Assembly: GCA_002269645.1 (NCBI GenBank)
Contig: NIVC01001612.1
Span: forward strand, 1 to 35,877
DNA: 35,877 nt
Source of the DNA: Macrostomum lignano
Taxonomy: Eukaryota
Direction of reading: 5' to 3'
Shown here piece by piece: positions 11,101 through 23,700 of the stretch. The notes below the pieces were generated by a model that saw nothing but the letters and a program-made list of their open reading frames with translations, was not told the origin of the DNA and did no database searches. Position 1 is the stretch's first letter. Each line of letters opens with the position of its first letter. The translations under genes and the position numbers were made by a program.

Positions 11101-12597
11101 TCACCTACTCTACCCTCACCTGGCGATACCCGGCAGGTCAATTAGTGTCAAATCGGGTGTATCTGCGCCCTCGATGTGCAGCTCGATGAGCTTCTCAGAG
11201 ATCTCCCCCGAGCTGCTCGTCATCTCCTCCTGAGCGTCGCGAATCGCCTGTCCGATTTCGGCCGGCGTGGACAGCGGCTTGTCCCTGGCCTGACCCGACT
11301 TGGTCTCGTAGCTGAAAAAGTTGCGACAGAAAACCGGTTCTAAAATTAGATACTACCACTCTATTTGCACTACTTGTCAGTATAAATGCAGAAAAGTTTA
11401 TAGAAAATTTATTGGCAGTGATTCTAAAAATAGAAATCATTTAATTAGACACGTAGTAGAATGCACTCTTGAATATCGTCTTTGTTTATTACTTATTTTC
11501 GTAAATATAAACTGCTACTGAACTGACAATTTAAATTTATCAGCTAGAAATCTGAAGTCTAAAACTAACTGCATTTAGAATGACTCGTCTGTTTAAATGC
11601 ATAAAAGTCCTTGCAACTTAACATTAATACCTTGTGAACTAAACTGACTGAAAAGGAATATATAATTAGTATTTAGTACCTGTCGTTGTCCTTGATTTTA
11701 AAATACATGTAGTATGCCTCCTTAACTATGGGACTTTGTAAGAGGCTATATGCTTAGATAGCGCCGCCATCGGGTCCCATTAGCAACCTAAATGACACCA
11801 TATCGGGTCCCATAGCAACCTAAATGACACCATATCGGGTCCCATAGCAACCTAAATGACAGGTCATATCGGGTCCCATAGCAACCTAAATGACACCATA
11901 TCAGGGTCCCATAGCAACCTAAATGACACCATATCAGGGTGCCATAGCAACCTAAATGACACCATATCGGGTCCCATAGCAACCTAAATGGCACCATATC
12001 GGGTCCCATAGCAACCTAAATGACACCATATCAGGGTGCCATAGCAACCTAAATGACACCATATCGGGTCCCATAGCAACCTAAATGGCACCATATCGGG
12101 TCCCATAGCAACGCCATATTGGGTCCCATAGCAACCTAAACCAGCACTATATCGGGTCCCATAGCAACCTAAATGGTGTAATGCACCATTGGGTTTCATA
12201 TAGTAACCTTAAAGGACACCATGCACTATTGGCTTTCGTAGCAACATCAACTACAAGACCAATATCGGGTTCCATAGCAACCCAAACCTCACCGAATTCT
12301 GGCAGTCCAGCCCGAATCCTCCCTGCCGCGCATGCTCAGCATCAGCGGGCACCGAGTCACAATGCCGAGGCCGCGCGGAAATTCCACACCGGAAATGGCT
12401 TCCAATACGGAAGATTTTCCCACTGACTGATCGCCAACCACGGCAATGGCTGGCAGGCTGATCTCGCGCTGCAGCCCGTGCGACCTCAGACTGTCCAACG
12501 CGTTCAGGCACGGCCGCAGGCGCTCCTTGAATGCCTGACTCAGAGCCGGTGCAAAATCCGCAGATTCTGCAGCTGACTCCGGTTTTCTGCTCGACAT
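5166..12597 (-). CDS. Mx: Mx-like dynamin-family large GTPase, ~656 aa, six exons
   Basis: Exons 12597-12293, 11311-11120, 10291-9808, 9187-8950, 6407-6048, 5556-5166, all GT-AG. Mx-type motifs: [74 protein letters not shown], and GED end [11 protein letters not shown]...[22 protein letters not shown]. No PH domain or PRD. Exon 5 is one base short (CC at 6345-6346; CCC gives RGRELVGFDN). Confidence 0.9.
5592..5975. repeat. 48-bp minisatellite, 8 copies, in Mx intron 5
   Basis: GAGGATTCTAGTCTCGAAATGTCCCATTTTGGGATCTAATGGGGAAAT with exact 48-nt period. Confidence 0.97.
6540..8930. repeat. ~2.4-kb polypurine (GGA/GGAGA/GGGAGAGGA) satellite in Mx intron 4
   Basis: + strand almost only G and A. 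A GACAGGTAGAGGCTGGAAGAAG landmark recurs near 6650, 6875 and 7370. Confidence 0.98.
9270..9780. repeat. 21-bp minisatellite GACAGATGAGTCTAATTCCCC in Mx intron 3
   Basis: Homogeneous from 9540 to 9780, decaying toward 9270. Confidence 0.95.
10455..11105. repeat. 28-bp minisatellite AATCTCATTGATTCTAGTCTCAATATCT in Mx intron 2
   Basis: Tandem units with a variant sub-block at 11010-11100. Confidence 0.92.
11765..12290. repeat. 32-33-bp minisatellite ATATCGGGTCCCATAGCAACCTAAATGACACC in Mx intron 1
   Basis: About a dozen well-conserved units plus decayed copies toward the donor. Confidence 0.95.
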
Positions 12598-13689
12598 GTT
12601 TGTTATAACAAATTTCTTAGATATTGGTTAATTACTCGCTTTAGTCTGTGGACTTATAGTTTAAACTGAGACCCAGAAAAAGTTAGTTAGACTTAACAAG
12701 TAAGCTAAGCCGCTCCTAAAAGCAGACCAATAACAGGTAATTGTTGGGGGTGCACAGACTTGATTTTATAAGCTTCAGAATCTTATCTAGCGAGGGTATA
12801 TATATTATACCAATATTTGACTGGATAGCCTAGCAATCCATGCGGGGGGGCTGCTGTATGCGGATAAGATATCGTTTCACTGTCTAGCGAATTAAACTTT
12901 ACCTGTAGCTAAATTAAGTAAAGATCTCGGATTGAATTTGCTCAAAGTTAAAGCAGTAACACCTGGACAGCATGTACAGTCCAGCAATGTAAACTTGCCC
13001 CTATCTACCTCGTAAAATTCCACCACTACTGCTCCAACTGCTTATTTTTCCAAATTTATCAGTCAAACTAAATTTCTCTCTCTTTCTCTCCAAGAAACAT
13101 TTTCCCGATTCGAGCAGTGCTTCTTTCTTCCAGTGCACCAGCAGTACAATTATTGCACTTGTTTAAGTGCTATTTATTGCACTGCTAGACGACTTAACAT
13201 GCAATTTTATATTTTAAATTTTCAAGTCTATAATTTGACAAATCATGTTTGTTGTCCGAATTAGTTTTTTAAATTTGCATTTATGCTACTAATCAAAAAT
13301 TTAAAGTAGTGTGTTTAGATTTAGGTTTTCAAAAGAACAAAAGGGGAATTTCTTAACTAATTAATGAGCTGATGAACGTCACGCTAATAAATTGCTTGTA
13401 GGAGCAATATTTTACTAAAGAGCATTTATAGATATCGGTTAAACTTCTTAAAATTAGGATTAGGAACTGCGGTGCAATAGCCGATATGTGTTGTAAAATA
13501 TATCATACGATACGATACGGCACGGCACTAATTGTATAGAAGGGCTTAGCCTCACTATTCAGCTAATAGTACACAACTAGTTATGCCGTCAAAGATTAAA
13601 ACACAGAAATAATGAATATTAAAAAATATCGTGTGTTTTCCTGCATCGATGATAATGCGAAGACGATAAAAATAGCAAAAATTATTCCA

Positions 13690-13762
13690 CGACCACGCCA
13701 GGACTCGAACCTGGAATCTTCTGATCCGTAGTCAGACGCGTTATCCATTGCGCCACGCGGCC
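13690..13762 (-). tRNA. tRNA-Arg, anticodon ACG
   Basis: GGCCGCGTGGCGCAATGGATAACGCGTCTGACTACGGATCAGAAGATTCCAGGTTCGAGTCCTGGCGTGGTCG: 73 nt, paired acceptor stem, intact A and B boxes, and a T-run Pol III terminator about 8 nt downstream. Confidence 0.97.
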
Positions 13763-14009
13763 GCTGAATGGAGGGGTGCTCAGAGGGAATTATATAGCGT
13801 AGTTGGATTCCTTGATTAGTTCTCATGCATATTGTACATGAGATTTACGTGGATGTGGCTCATACAGGGGGATCGCCACCGGGGGGGGGGGCAGTAAAAG
13901 CTATGAAGGCGAAAAGCAAATGCTTTGTCCCCCACCCCACCCCACCTTGTGAGCCGTTATGGAACTCAGTAATTTAGTTTCAGTTTCGGGGCACCAAAAT
14001 ATATAAGCG

Positions 14010-14632
14010 CCTTCGGCGCCAAAATGAGTCTGCGTGCGGCGCCAAAAACGAGTGCCTGCGGCGCCAAAATCAGTGGCTGCGGCGCCAAAATGAATGCCTG
14101 CGGCGCCAAAATAAGTGCCTGCCTGCGGCGCCAAAATCAGTGGCTGCGGCGCCAAAATGAATGCCTGCGGCGCCAAAATGAATGCCTGCGGCGTCAAAAT
14201 AAATGCCTGCGGCGCCAAAATCAGTGGCTGCGGCGCCAAAATGAATGCCTGCGGCGCCAAAATAAGTGCCTGCCTGCGGCGCCAAAATCAGTGGCTGCGG
14301 CGCCAAAATCAGTGCCTGCGGCGCCAAAATCAGTGGCTGCGGCGCCAAAATGAATGCCTGCGGCGCCAAAATAAGTGCCTGCCTGCAGCGCCAAAATCAG
14401 TGGCTGCGGCGCCAAAATGAATGCCTGCGGCGCCAAAATGAGTGCCTGCGGCGTCAAAATAAATGCCTGCGGCGCCAAAATCAGTGGCTGCGGCGCCAAA
14501 ATGAATGCCTGCGGCGCCAAAATCAGTGCCTGCCTGCGGCGCCAAAATAAGTGCCTGCCTGCGGCGCTAAAATCAGTGGCTGCGGCGCCAAAATGAATGC
14601 CTGCGGCGCCAAAATGAGTGCCTGCGGCGCCA
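14010..14632. repeat. 21-bp minisatellite GCCTGCGGCGCCAAAATGAAT
   Basis: About 30 units. Reverse complement of the array inside the MITE at 19538-19864. Confidence 0.97.
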
Positions 14633-15114
14633 TGCAAATCGCGTCATGGATCTTCTAATACGAGTATCTTGTACAAAACTCAATCCAAACTGTAACCGTC
14701 AGCAGAAAGCTTTAAGAAGTTTTCCAGTCAAGATCAATATAAATAGATATTTGTCGATCCTTGATGAAGGACAACACACTGTTAAACTGTGTATTTACGA
14801 TACTATATTTATAAGAAAGCACAATATATATATAAATATATAGGCATGATTATACAAAAATATCACTATTAAAAACGTCTATAAATTATAAGACAATTTT
14901 TAAGAATGGAATATACCCGGTACATATTATTAATATTAAATTGTGGACAGACTGTAAAGGTCAATAAAACAGAAGACAAAAGTAGCTACTAATAGAAGTA
15001 GTATGGTATACTTAAGAAAAAAATCACAGAGAGAAGAATTAATTGTCCAAAAGTTTACAGTTGTGATTGATAAACTTGCCAAATCGGACAGCAGCTTGCA
15101 GATGCGCCAAGGCA

Positions 15115-15600
15115 AAGGGGCGCCAGCAGGGAACAGGGGCGCCAGAAAGGAAAAAGGAAGCGCCAGGAGGGAATAGGGAGCGCCAAAAGAGAACAGGGGG
15201 CGCCAGTAGGGAACAGAGGGCGCTAAAAGAGAACAGGGGCGCTAAAAGAGAACAGGTGCGCTAAAAGAGAACAGGGACGCTAAAAGAGAACAGGAGGCGC
15301 CAGAAAATAATAAGGAGCGCCAGCAGGGAACAGAGGGCGCTAAAAGATAACAGGGGCGCCAGTAGAAAACAGAGGGCGCTAGCAGGGAACAGGGGCGCTA
15401 AAAGAGAACAGGGGGCGCTAAAAGAGAACAGGGGCGCTAAAAGAGAACAGGGGGCGCTAGCAGGGAACAGGGGGCGCTAAAAGAGAACAGGGGCGGCCAG
15501 CAGGGAACAGGGGGCGCTAAAAGAGAACAGGGGCGCCAGCAGAGAACAGGGGCGCCAGCAGGGAAAAGAAGGCGCCAGTAGAGAACAGGGGCGCCACTGA
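15115..15600. repeat. 19-20-bp minisatellite GGGGCGCTAAAAGAGAACA / GGGGCGCCAGCAGGGAACA
   Basis: Tandem units of two interleaved variants. Confidence 0.93.
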
Positions 15601-15710
15601 ACAAAAAACAGAAAAAAACGGTTCCATAAGCTGCTTGTACTACTACCTGCATCGGATTATTATCACCATGAGTAGTTTGCAAGGCCGCACAAATCAAGTT
15701 CCAAATGGAT

Positions 15711-16044
15711 TCAATCCACCCTATAGAACTGCTGCAATCGTTTAGCCAATAGCGGCGCTCTCAGCTCCGGACTGGCCAGATGCCTGTGCAATAGCCGGAC
15801 TGTGGCGCTCTCGCTGCGACTCCATTCGGTCAGCAGTTTGGCCATTGGCGAGGCCAATCCTGACCAAGCGGGCACAGAGTCGGCAAATCCTAGCCGATCT
15901 GCAAGCATTCGCCAATCGTTGCCAGCACGCCTTTCCATGTTAAGATCCAAGCAGATCCACTGGCGCAGGTCGCGGTTCATCTGGCTAATTGGCGTGCAGC
16001 CTGGCAGGCGTTGGGCCGGCTGTTGAGGGTTGGAGGAGTTTAGA

Positions 16045-16052
<8 letters not shown>
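15711..16052 (-). CDS. Death-domain ORF (113 aa); either standalone or the C-terminus of the upstream coiled-coil protein
   Basis: LRQWICLDLNMERRAGNDWRMLADRLGF...SPMAKLLTEWSRSESATVRLLHRHL shows the DD pattern (DWRxLAxxL; PxxxLLxxW; ATVxxL) seen in UNC5- and MyD88-type death domains. Preceded by a polypyrimidine tract and a CAGTAG acceptor at 16065-16070. Confidence 0.8.
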
Positions 16053-18105
<2,053 letters not shown>

Positions 18106-19537
18106 GACTGGCAGTTGATTCGAACGGAGTTTAAGAGTCCGATGTTATTTGAATCTGCCAACTGAAAGATTAAATACCAGAAATCGATAGTTTAGTAAAC
18201 AGATGCAAATAAAGAATATTTTCTTAATAAACGAACTATAAATAAGCTAACCTATTTGTGCCATTTTAAAGTATGAGTGGTAAAATGAAAAGTCTGATTG
18301 ATGCTTTACAGTTAAAGCTTAAAATCCGGAACTGATGTGCAGAGCAAACAATTTATTACGGGCGTATATTAAAATCCAACAGCAATGACATAAATCATTA
18401 CGATTTCAAGCGCTGTAGCTTAAAACACAGAATAGTTTTTATAGGCGTAAAAGAATATGACTTGACGAAAAATAATGGAAGCAAAAATAGTAAAACAAAC
18501 GAATAAGAAAGCGTTCTTTATCAGTGTGGCAAAAAAATTTCGCAAAAATCAGCCTTATGTGCGCGTTTATCCATACTGAAGAGAAGATGGGACCGCGGAA
18601 CACCACAGGGAAAAAACTTTTGAACAAGAAAATCTGTGCGCAATGTTAAATAATTATAATAAATTAAAAAGGACACTACCTGGCAGAAATATCGCGCTTT
18701 AATTTCATGCGTTTTAATCTTTTTACTCAAGCAAACTCTGTTTACTACTTTTTAATCAGTAAAAAGTAAAGTAAAACGCTATCTATTTTTTTTTCAGCGA
18801 GCAAGCTGACAGAACCATAGTTAAGCAACACACCCACCCCAGTCTAGGGCCGATCTGGGGCAGACAGTCAAACCTCCAGCCAATCAGAATGCGCGCAGAA
18901 GCCCAAGCAGCTCGCCAGCCGCATACAGAACACATAACTAAGTACATTAGAGTTAGCCGAACATATAATAAACATTGAAGTTTGTTGATAACCCCACCAA
19001 GACTGGATCAATAAGTGAGAGTAGGAGTACTACTGAACTGTAAGTAGCTTAACGCATATTATGTCAAAATTAAATCTAATCCCAAGACTTTGGAAGGTTT
19101 TCTGACTAGTGCGAAAAAAGTTAAAAATATATTTTGTGATGTAATAACTGTGTAGAAAAGACTGAAAATAGGTTCATAATCATTCTTAAAGCAAGCCAAC
19201 AACAGTTATAGAAGTCGATTAAAATAATTTCACACTTTGTCTAAATAACCTCAAATACACTGTTTGATACTGGAATCACAAGAAGTTGAAGGGAAAAATA
19301 TGAATTATAATTTATTATCATTGGCACAAATAAACTACATTGATTTATTGCATTTTATTGATTTATCTTCGAGGACAGTTATATGACAGATAAATAAGTG
19401 ATTAATAAATATTATCCACACAAATACCAATCACAAAAGACAACCATGAAAATAAGCTTGTTTTTTACTTTTTTAATTACTGGTATTGGACAAATGAAAT
19501 TGCACGGCCACGGTGGAAATGGATGAAGGGTGCGTAT

Positions 19538-19864
19538 CAATGGCGTAGCCAGGAATTTCAATTGGGGGACCGGGTTGGCCTGGCTGGCCATGCCTTATGC
19601 CATTGCCACTTTTGGCGCCGCAGGCATTCATTTTAGCGCCGCAGGCACTCATTTTGGCGCCGCAGGCACTCATTTTGGTGCTGAATGCACTCATTTTAGC
19701 GCCGCAGTCACTCATTTTGGCGCCATAGGCACTCATTTGGCGCCGCAGGCACTTTGGCGCCGCAGGCACTCAATTGCCTCCTGGTTTTTGGTATCCGCCG
19801 TGCCCAACCCCACCCCCAGGCGATTGGGGGGGGGGCGCCTCCCGCCCCCCTGGCTACGCCACTG
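19538..19864. mobile_element. hAT-type MITE, 327 bp, with an internal minisatellite
   Basis: TIRs CA(A/G)TGGCGTAGCCAGG and CCTGGCTACGCCACTG. 8-bp TSD GTGCGTAT / GTGTGTAT (one mismatch). About 8 internal TTTTGGCGCCGCAGGCACTCA units. Confidence 0.85.
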
Positions 19865-20239
19865 GTGTGTATCAATGAGTTAACACAACAGTCAATACTT
19901 GGTTTAGGAAAGTCAAGATAATTAACACGCATTTTTTATTACTAAAGATTGTATTAACAGAGGAACTCATACGATAAACAATGATTAATGAACAATGAAC
20001 AATTACATTTTGACACTTTTTGTCAAACGAATTTTGTGCTAGTTAAGTATATCAGAAGGATCATTTGATATACTAATCGAAGTACAAACGATAATAATGG
20101 ATGATACTAGCTATTTCATGCGGATAATGTACTTCCTTAAAGTGGAGAATTCGCGTCTACATGCATAACGAAAACCTTACATTAAAAACGAATAATTAAC
20201 CTTTATAGGCTGCAAGTAGCTAGTAATTGTGTGTGTCTT

Positions 20240-20615
20240 TAGGGTGGTGGCTGGAGCGAGGAGGGGTGGTGATTGGAGTGAGGAGGGGTGGTAGCTGGAG
20301 CGAGGAGGGGTGGTGATTGGAGTGAGGAGGGGTGGTAGCTGGAGCGAGGAGGGGTGGTGATTGGAGTGAGGAGGGGTGGTAGCTGGAGCGAGGAGGGGTG
20401 GTGGCTCGAGGGAGTAGGGAGTGAGGTTGGGGTGATGGCTGGAGTGAGGAGGGGTGGTAGCTGGAGCGAGGAGGGGTGGTGGTTCGAGGGAGGAGGGAGT
20501 GAGGTTGGGGTGATGGCTGGAGTGAAGAGGTCGGTAGCTGGAGTGAGATGGGGTGGTGATTGGAGTAACGAGGGGTGGTGGCTGGAGCGAGGAGGGGTTG
20601 GCTTAAGTGAGGAGG
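20240..20615. repeat. 22-bp G-rich minisatellite GGAGCGAGGAGGGGTGGTAGCT, downstream of the TBC gene
   Basis: Tandem units with a GGAGTGAGG...GATT variant. Confidence 0.9.
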
Positions 20616-20777
20616 TTGGCTTATTCTGGTATCAATATGCTTATTAACCAATCAAATATTAGCACAATTATGTATAGTGAGTTATGAAACATTGTCCGAA
20701 GACAACCAAACGTTGAAACTAAATACATGTATGAAATCAATCAACTCAACTCTTGAAGATTTCTCACTCGGCCGCAT

Positions 20778-23700
20778 TTAATTGCTTGAATTTCTCACGC
20801 GCCAACTGTTCTCTCTGTAGGCTTTAATACGAGGCAACAGATCGCAAGGAGCGCCAAGCCAATCCGCCAATTCGCTCTGATTTAGAAAGCAAGCCAAAAA
20901 CTGGTCGAAAGTGATTAACCAATTATCAAAAGCTGGATCAGTCGCTGCTGATAAGTCGACGTTTTCTGTGCAGCTGCCCGCTGATTCGACTGCAGACGGC
21001 GCTGAAGTGGCAGCTTCGCCCAATTGGGTCAGATGAGTACCGGCCTGGTTTTTTATTTCATTAATTGAAAACGTTAATTATAGGTAATGATATTGTAGTA
21101 CTATAGTAGAGAATGCAATTATCTTACGCTCGCAGCTTGCGGGGGTTTGTTAGAATTGAATTCGTCCTGAGGAGGAAATTCCTCTCATTATCTTTTTCAA
21201 GCGCCCTCCCTCCTAAAAAAACAGGGCACTTTTACAGCTTATTGGCTGGCTGGTTTGCGACGGGGTAGGGTTACAAGCTATTTTTAGCGACTTTATCTTT
21301 CTAACCCTCCAGCAAACCACAGTATTGGCTGGCTGGCTGGCTGGCTTGTGGTTGGGGTGGCCTGTTTATCAGCGACTTTCTAATCGTCCTGTTGTACTTT
21401 TATAGTATGACTATCTACCCAGCTATTGGCTGGCTGATTTTTAGTAGGGGTGGCTTTCTGTCCAGTCAATCCGTTTTTCTCAGTTTGATAATTCTACACT
21501 TTTTTATCGGTTAAATAAGTTAAGTGGCGCTTTCCCATAAAAAACCATAAAAGACCCGGTCCAGCCCACCAGACCCACCAGAACTTTTCTACCCCTTCGA
21601 TTCGCTGCTCGGGTTAGCGGATCACCGATTGGTTAGTTCTAATGGTCTATCCACTTTATTGCCGTTCAGTCACAGGTACTTAAGGTTCATAGTTTATTAA
21701 TAATCATTGAAGCTTAATTAGTTACCTGAGCCACGCTATTTAACAAAAATTGCTCGTTAGGCGCCAATTCAATTAGCTGATGAATCGCTTTCCAAAGCTC
21801 AATAAACTTTGGTCGCGACATAGACGCCGGTCGAAGCGTTTCAAATTCTTGCAGACGAATAAATCTATTCCGACTGTTAATCGACATATTCGATAGAGAA
21901 GTAACAATTCGAAAATTTGCGGTTGGTTCCACTGAAAGAGACGAGGCCGTCGTCGCCGCCGCGACAGCCCCAGCTTCATTATTAGCTTCCTCTGCCAGAG
22001 CCTCCTCGGTAGCTTCCACCGCCGGGGCAATATCGGAATCTTCTAGAAGATCATTGTCAGCGTTGTCATTGGACACTGATCCTGATGCGGCGGTCTGCCC
22101 TCCAACATCTTGAAGTTCTTGCTGGCTAATTTGTCTTGACAACTCAGACTGGCAACCGTCCAGGTGGAGAACGTAGAGCAGCTTGAATTTCAGCGTCACG
22201 TCACGACCGCAAATTATGCCGAGAGTCCAAGCGAATTCAAGGAAATTCACCTGGGCGCATGCAGTTAGTGAAAATTAGAGAAATGAAGAGTATAATTGTG
22301 TCGCTTAAGGTACGTAAAATAAGGAGGCTCACGAAGTGAGGTGGGTATGCGGAATGAGTTGGGTGAGCGGAGTGAGGTGGGCGTGCGGAATGAGGTGGGT
22401 GTTCGGAGTGAGGTGGGTGTGCGGAATGAGGTGGGTGTGTGGAGTGAGGTGGGTGTGCGGAATGAGGTGGGTGTGCGGAGTGAGGTGGGTGTGCGGAATG
22501 AGGTGGGTGTGCGGAGTAAAGAGGGGTTGCGGAGTGAGGTGGGTGTGCGGAATGAGGTGGGTGTGTGGAGTGAAGTGGGGTTGCGGAGTGAGGTGGGTGT
22601 GCGGAATGAGGTGGGTGTGCTGAGGTAGGCTTACTGATTGAGGTGGGCGTGCGGCGGAGTTAGGTAGCTACGTAAAAAAGCAGTTTTCTAAAAGAATGAA
22701 AAATACGTAGTTGTCTTCGTTTAAATTTCTTAAGCGCATTTAGTTTTTTTCATTTTTTCACTAACCTGATTGTCTCCGTCCAGATCAACGAGTTTGAATA
22801 GTCTCAAATTAAGCTGTCTAGCGCATCGACCCCAAGGTGATACGGCCAACATGAGCCGATCAAATTGCTCATAGTTTAGCCTAGTCTGGTCATAATAGGG
22901 ACGTGTCGGGTCATGCCGACCGGCGTCAACGTGATCGGCTACTTGACGCGCGCGCCAGAAAGCGCTATGCACGCTCTCCTCTTTGAATAGCCAGAAGAGG
23001 CCTTCAAGACACTCGCGGCCAAGCTGACAGGCCGGCCTCAAATCCGTAGAGATGACCGCGCGAACGCAGTTTTTCATTACGTTCTCTTCCAGGCCTTGGA
23101 CTACCTACGCGGTTATAATAGACAAAAAACTCAGCTTTTTTAAGTAATTTACGCTACATATCGGCGATTGAATTACGTTGATTCAAAATTGACGCTTTTA
23201 GATTAGTGACGATTCTAAAGGTAGATAATTGGCGATTCTAAAATACCAAATAAATACCTGCAATCGATGCCGCATCCGCAGCTGATCAATCTTCACATTA
23301 GTCACGTGACTAAGCCGATTAGTTGCCTCCGACACCAGCCTACGAACAGCATCCGGCGTGTCCAATCGTTTTAACAAGCCGTTCAAAGTCAGCATCGCGT
23401 CCGAGTCTTCTCGAGCTGCCAGAAGTTGACGCTCAGCTTTAGTCAACAATTCCAACGTGATTTGAAAGATCACCCGGGCGCCTTCGTAGAAAAAGCAGTC
23501 CAAAATGTTGACGGCGCTTGTGAATGGAATCACGCTGTTAAATTGAAAAAATATAGAACAAATAGTGTTATTAACAATACTTATAGCAAAGGAAAAAATA
23601 GCGAAAAACGCGATTCATACTACTTAGTAAATTTCTGGATTTTTAATGAGGGATCTGAGGGACAATTTTTGCCAGACGATTGTGGGATGGCCGCGCTTAT

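Noticed and set aside
13343-13352. NF-kB-like GGGGAATTTC upstream of Mx
   Set aside because: Single imperfect 10-mer, expected by chance; the transcription start is unknown.
13596-13826. 76-aa ORF on the - strand
   Set aside because: It is a read-through of the tRNA-Arg gene and AT-rich flanks with no protein signature.
18800-19015. LTR- or promoter-like segment (CCAAT, TATA-like, AATAAA on the + strand)
   Set aside because: No defined ends, TSD or associated ORF.
21235-21445. Three loose copies of TATTGGCTGGCTG...AGCGACTTT in TBC intron 15
   Set aside because: Too degenerate to define a unit or family, and no snoRNA box pattern was recognised.
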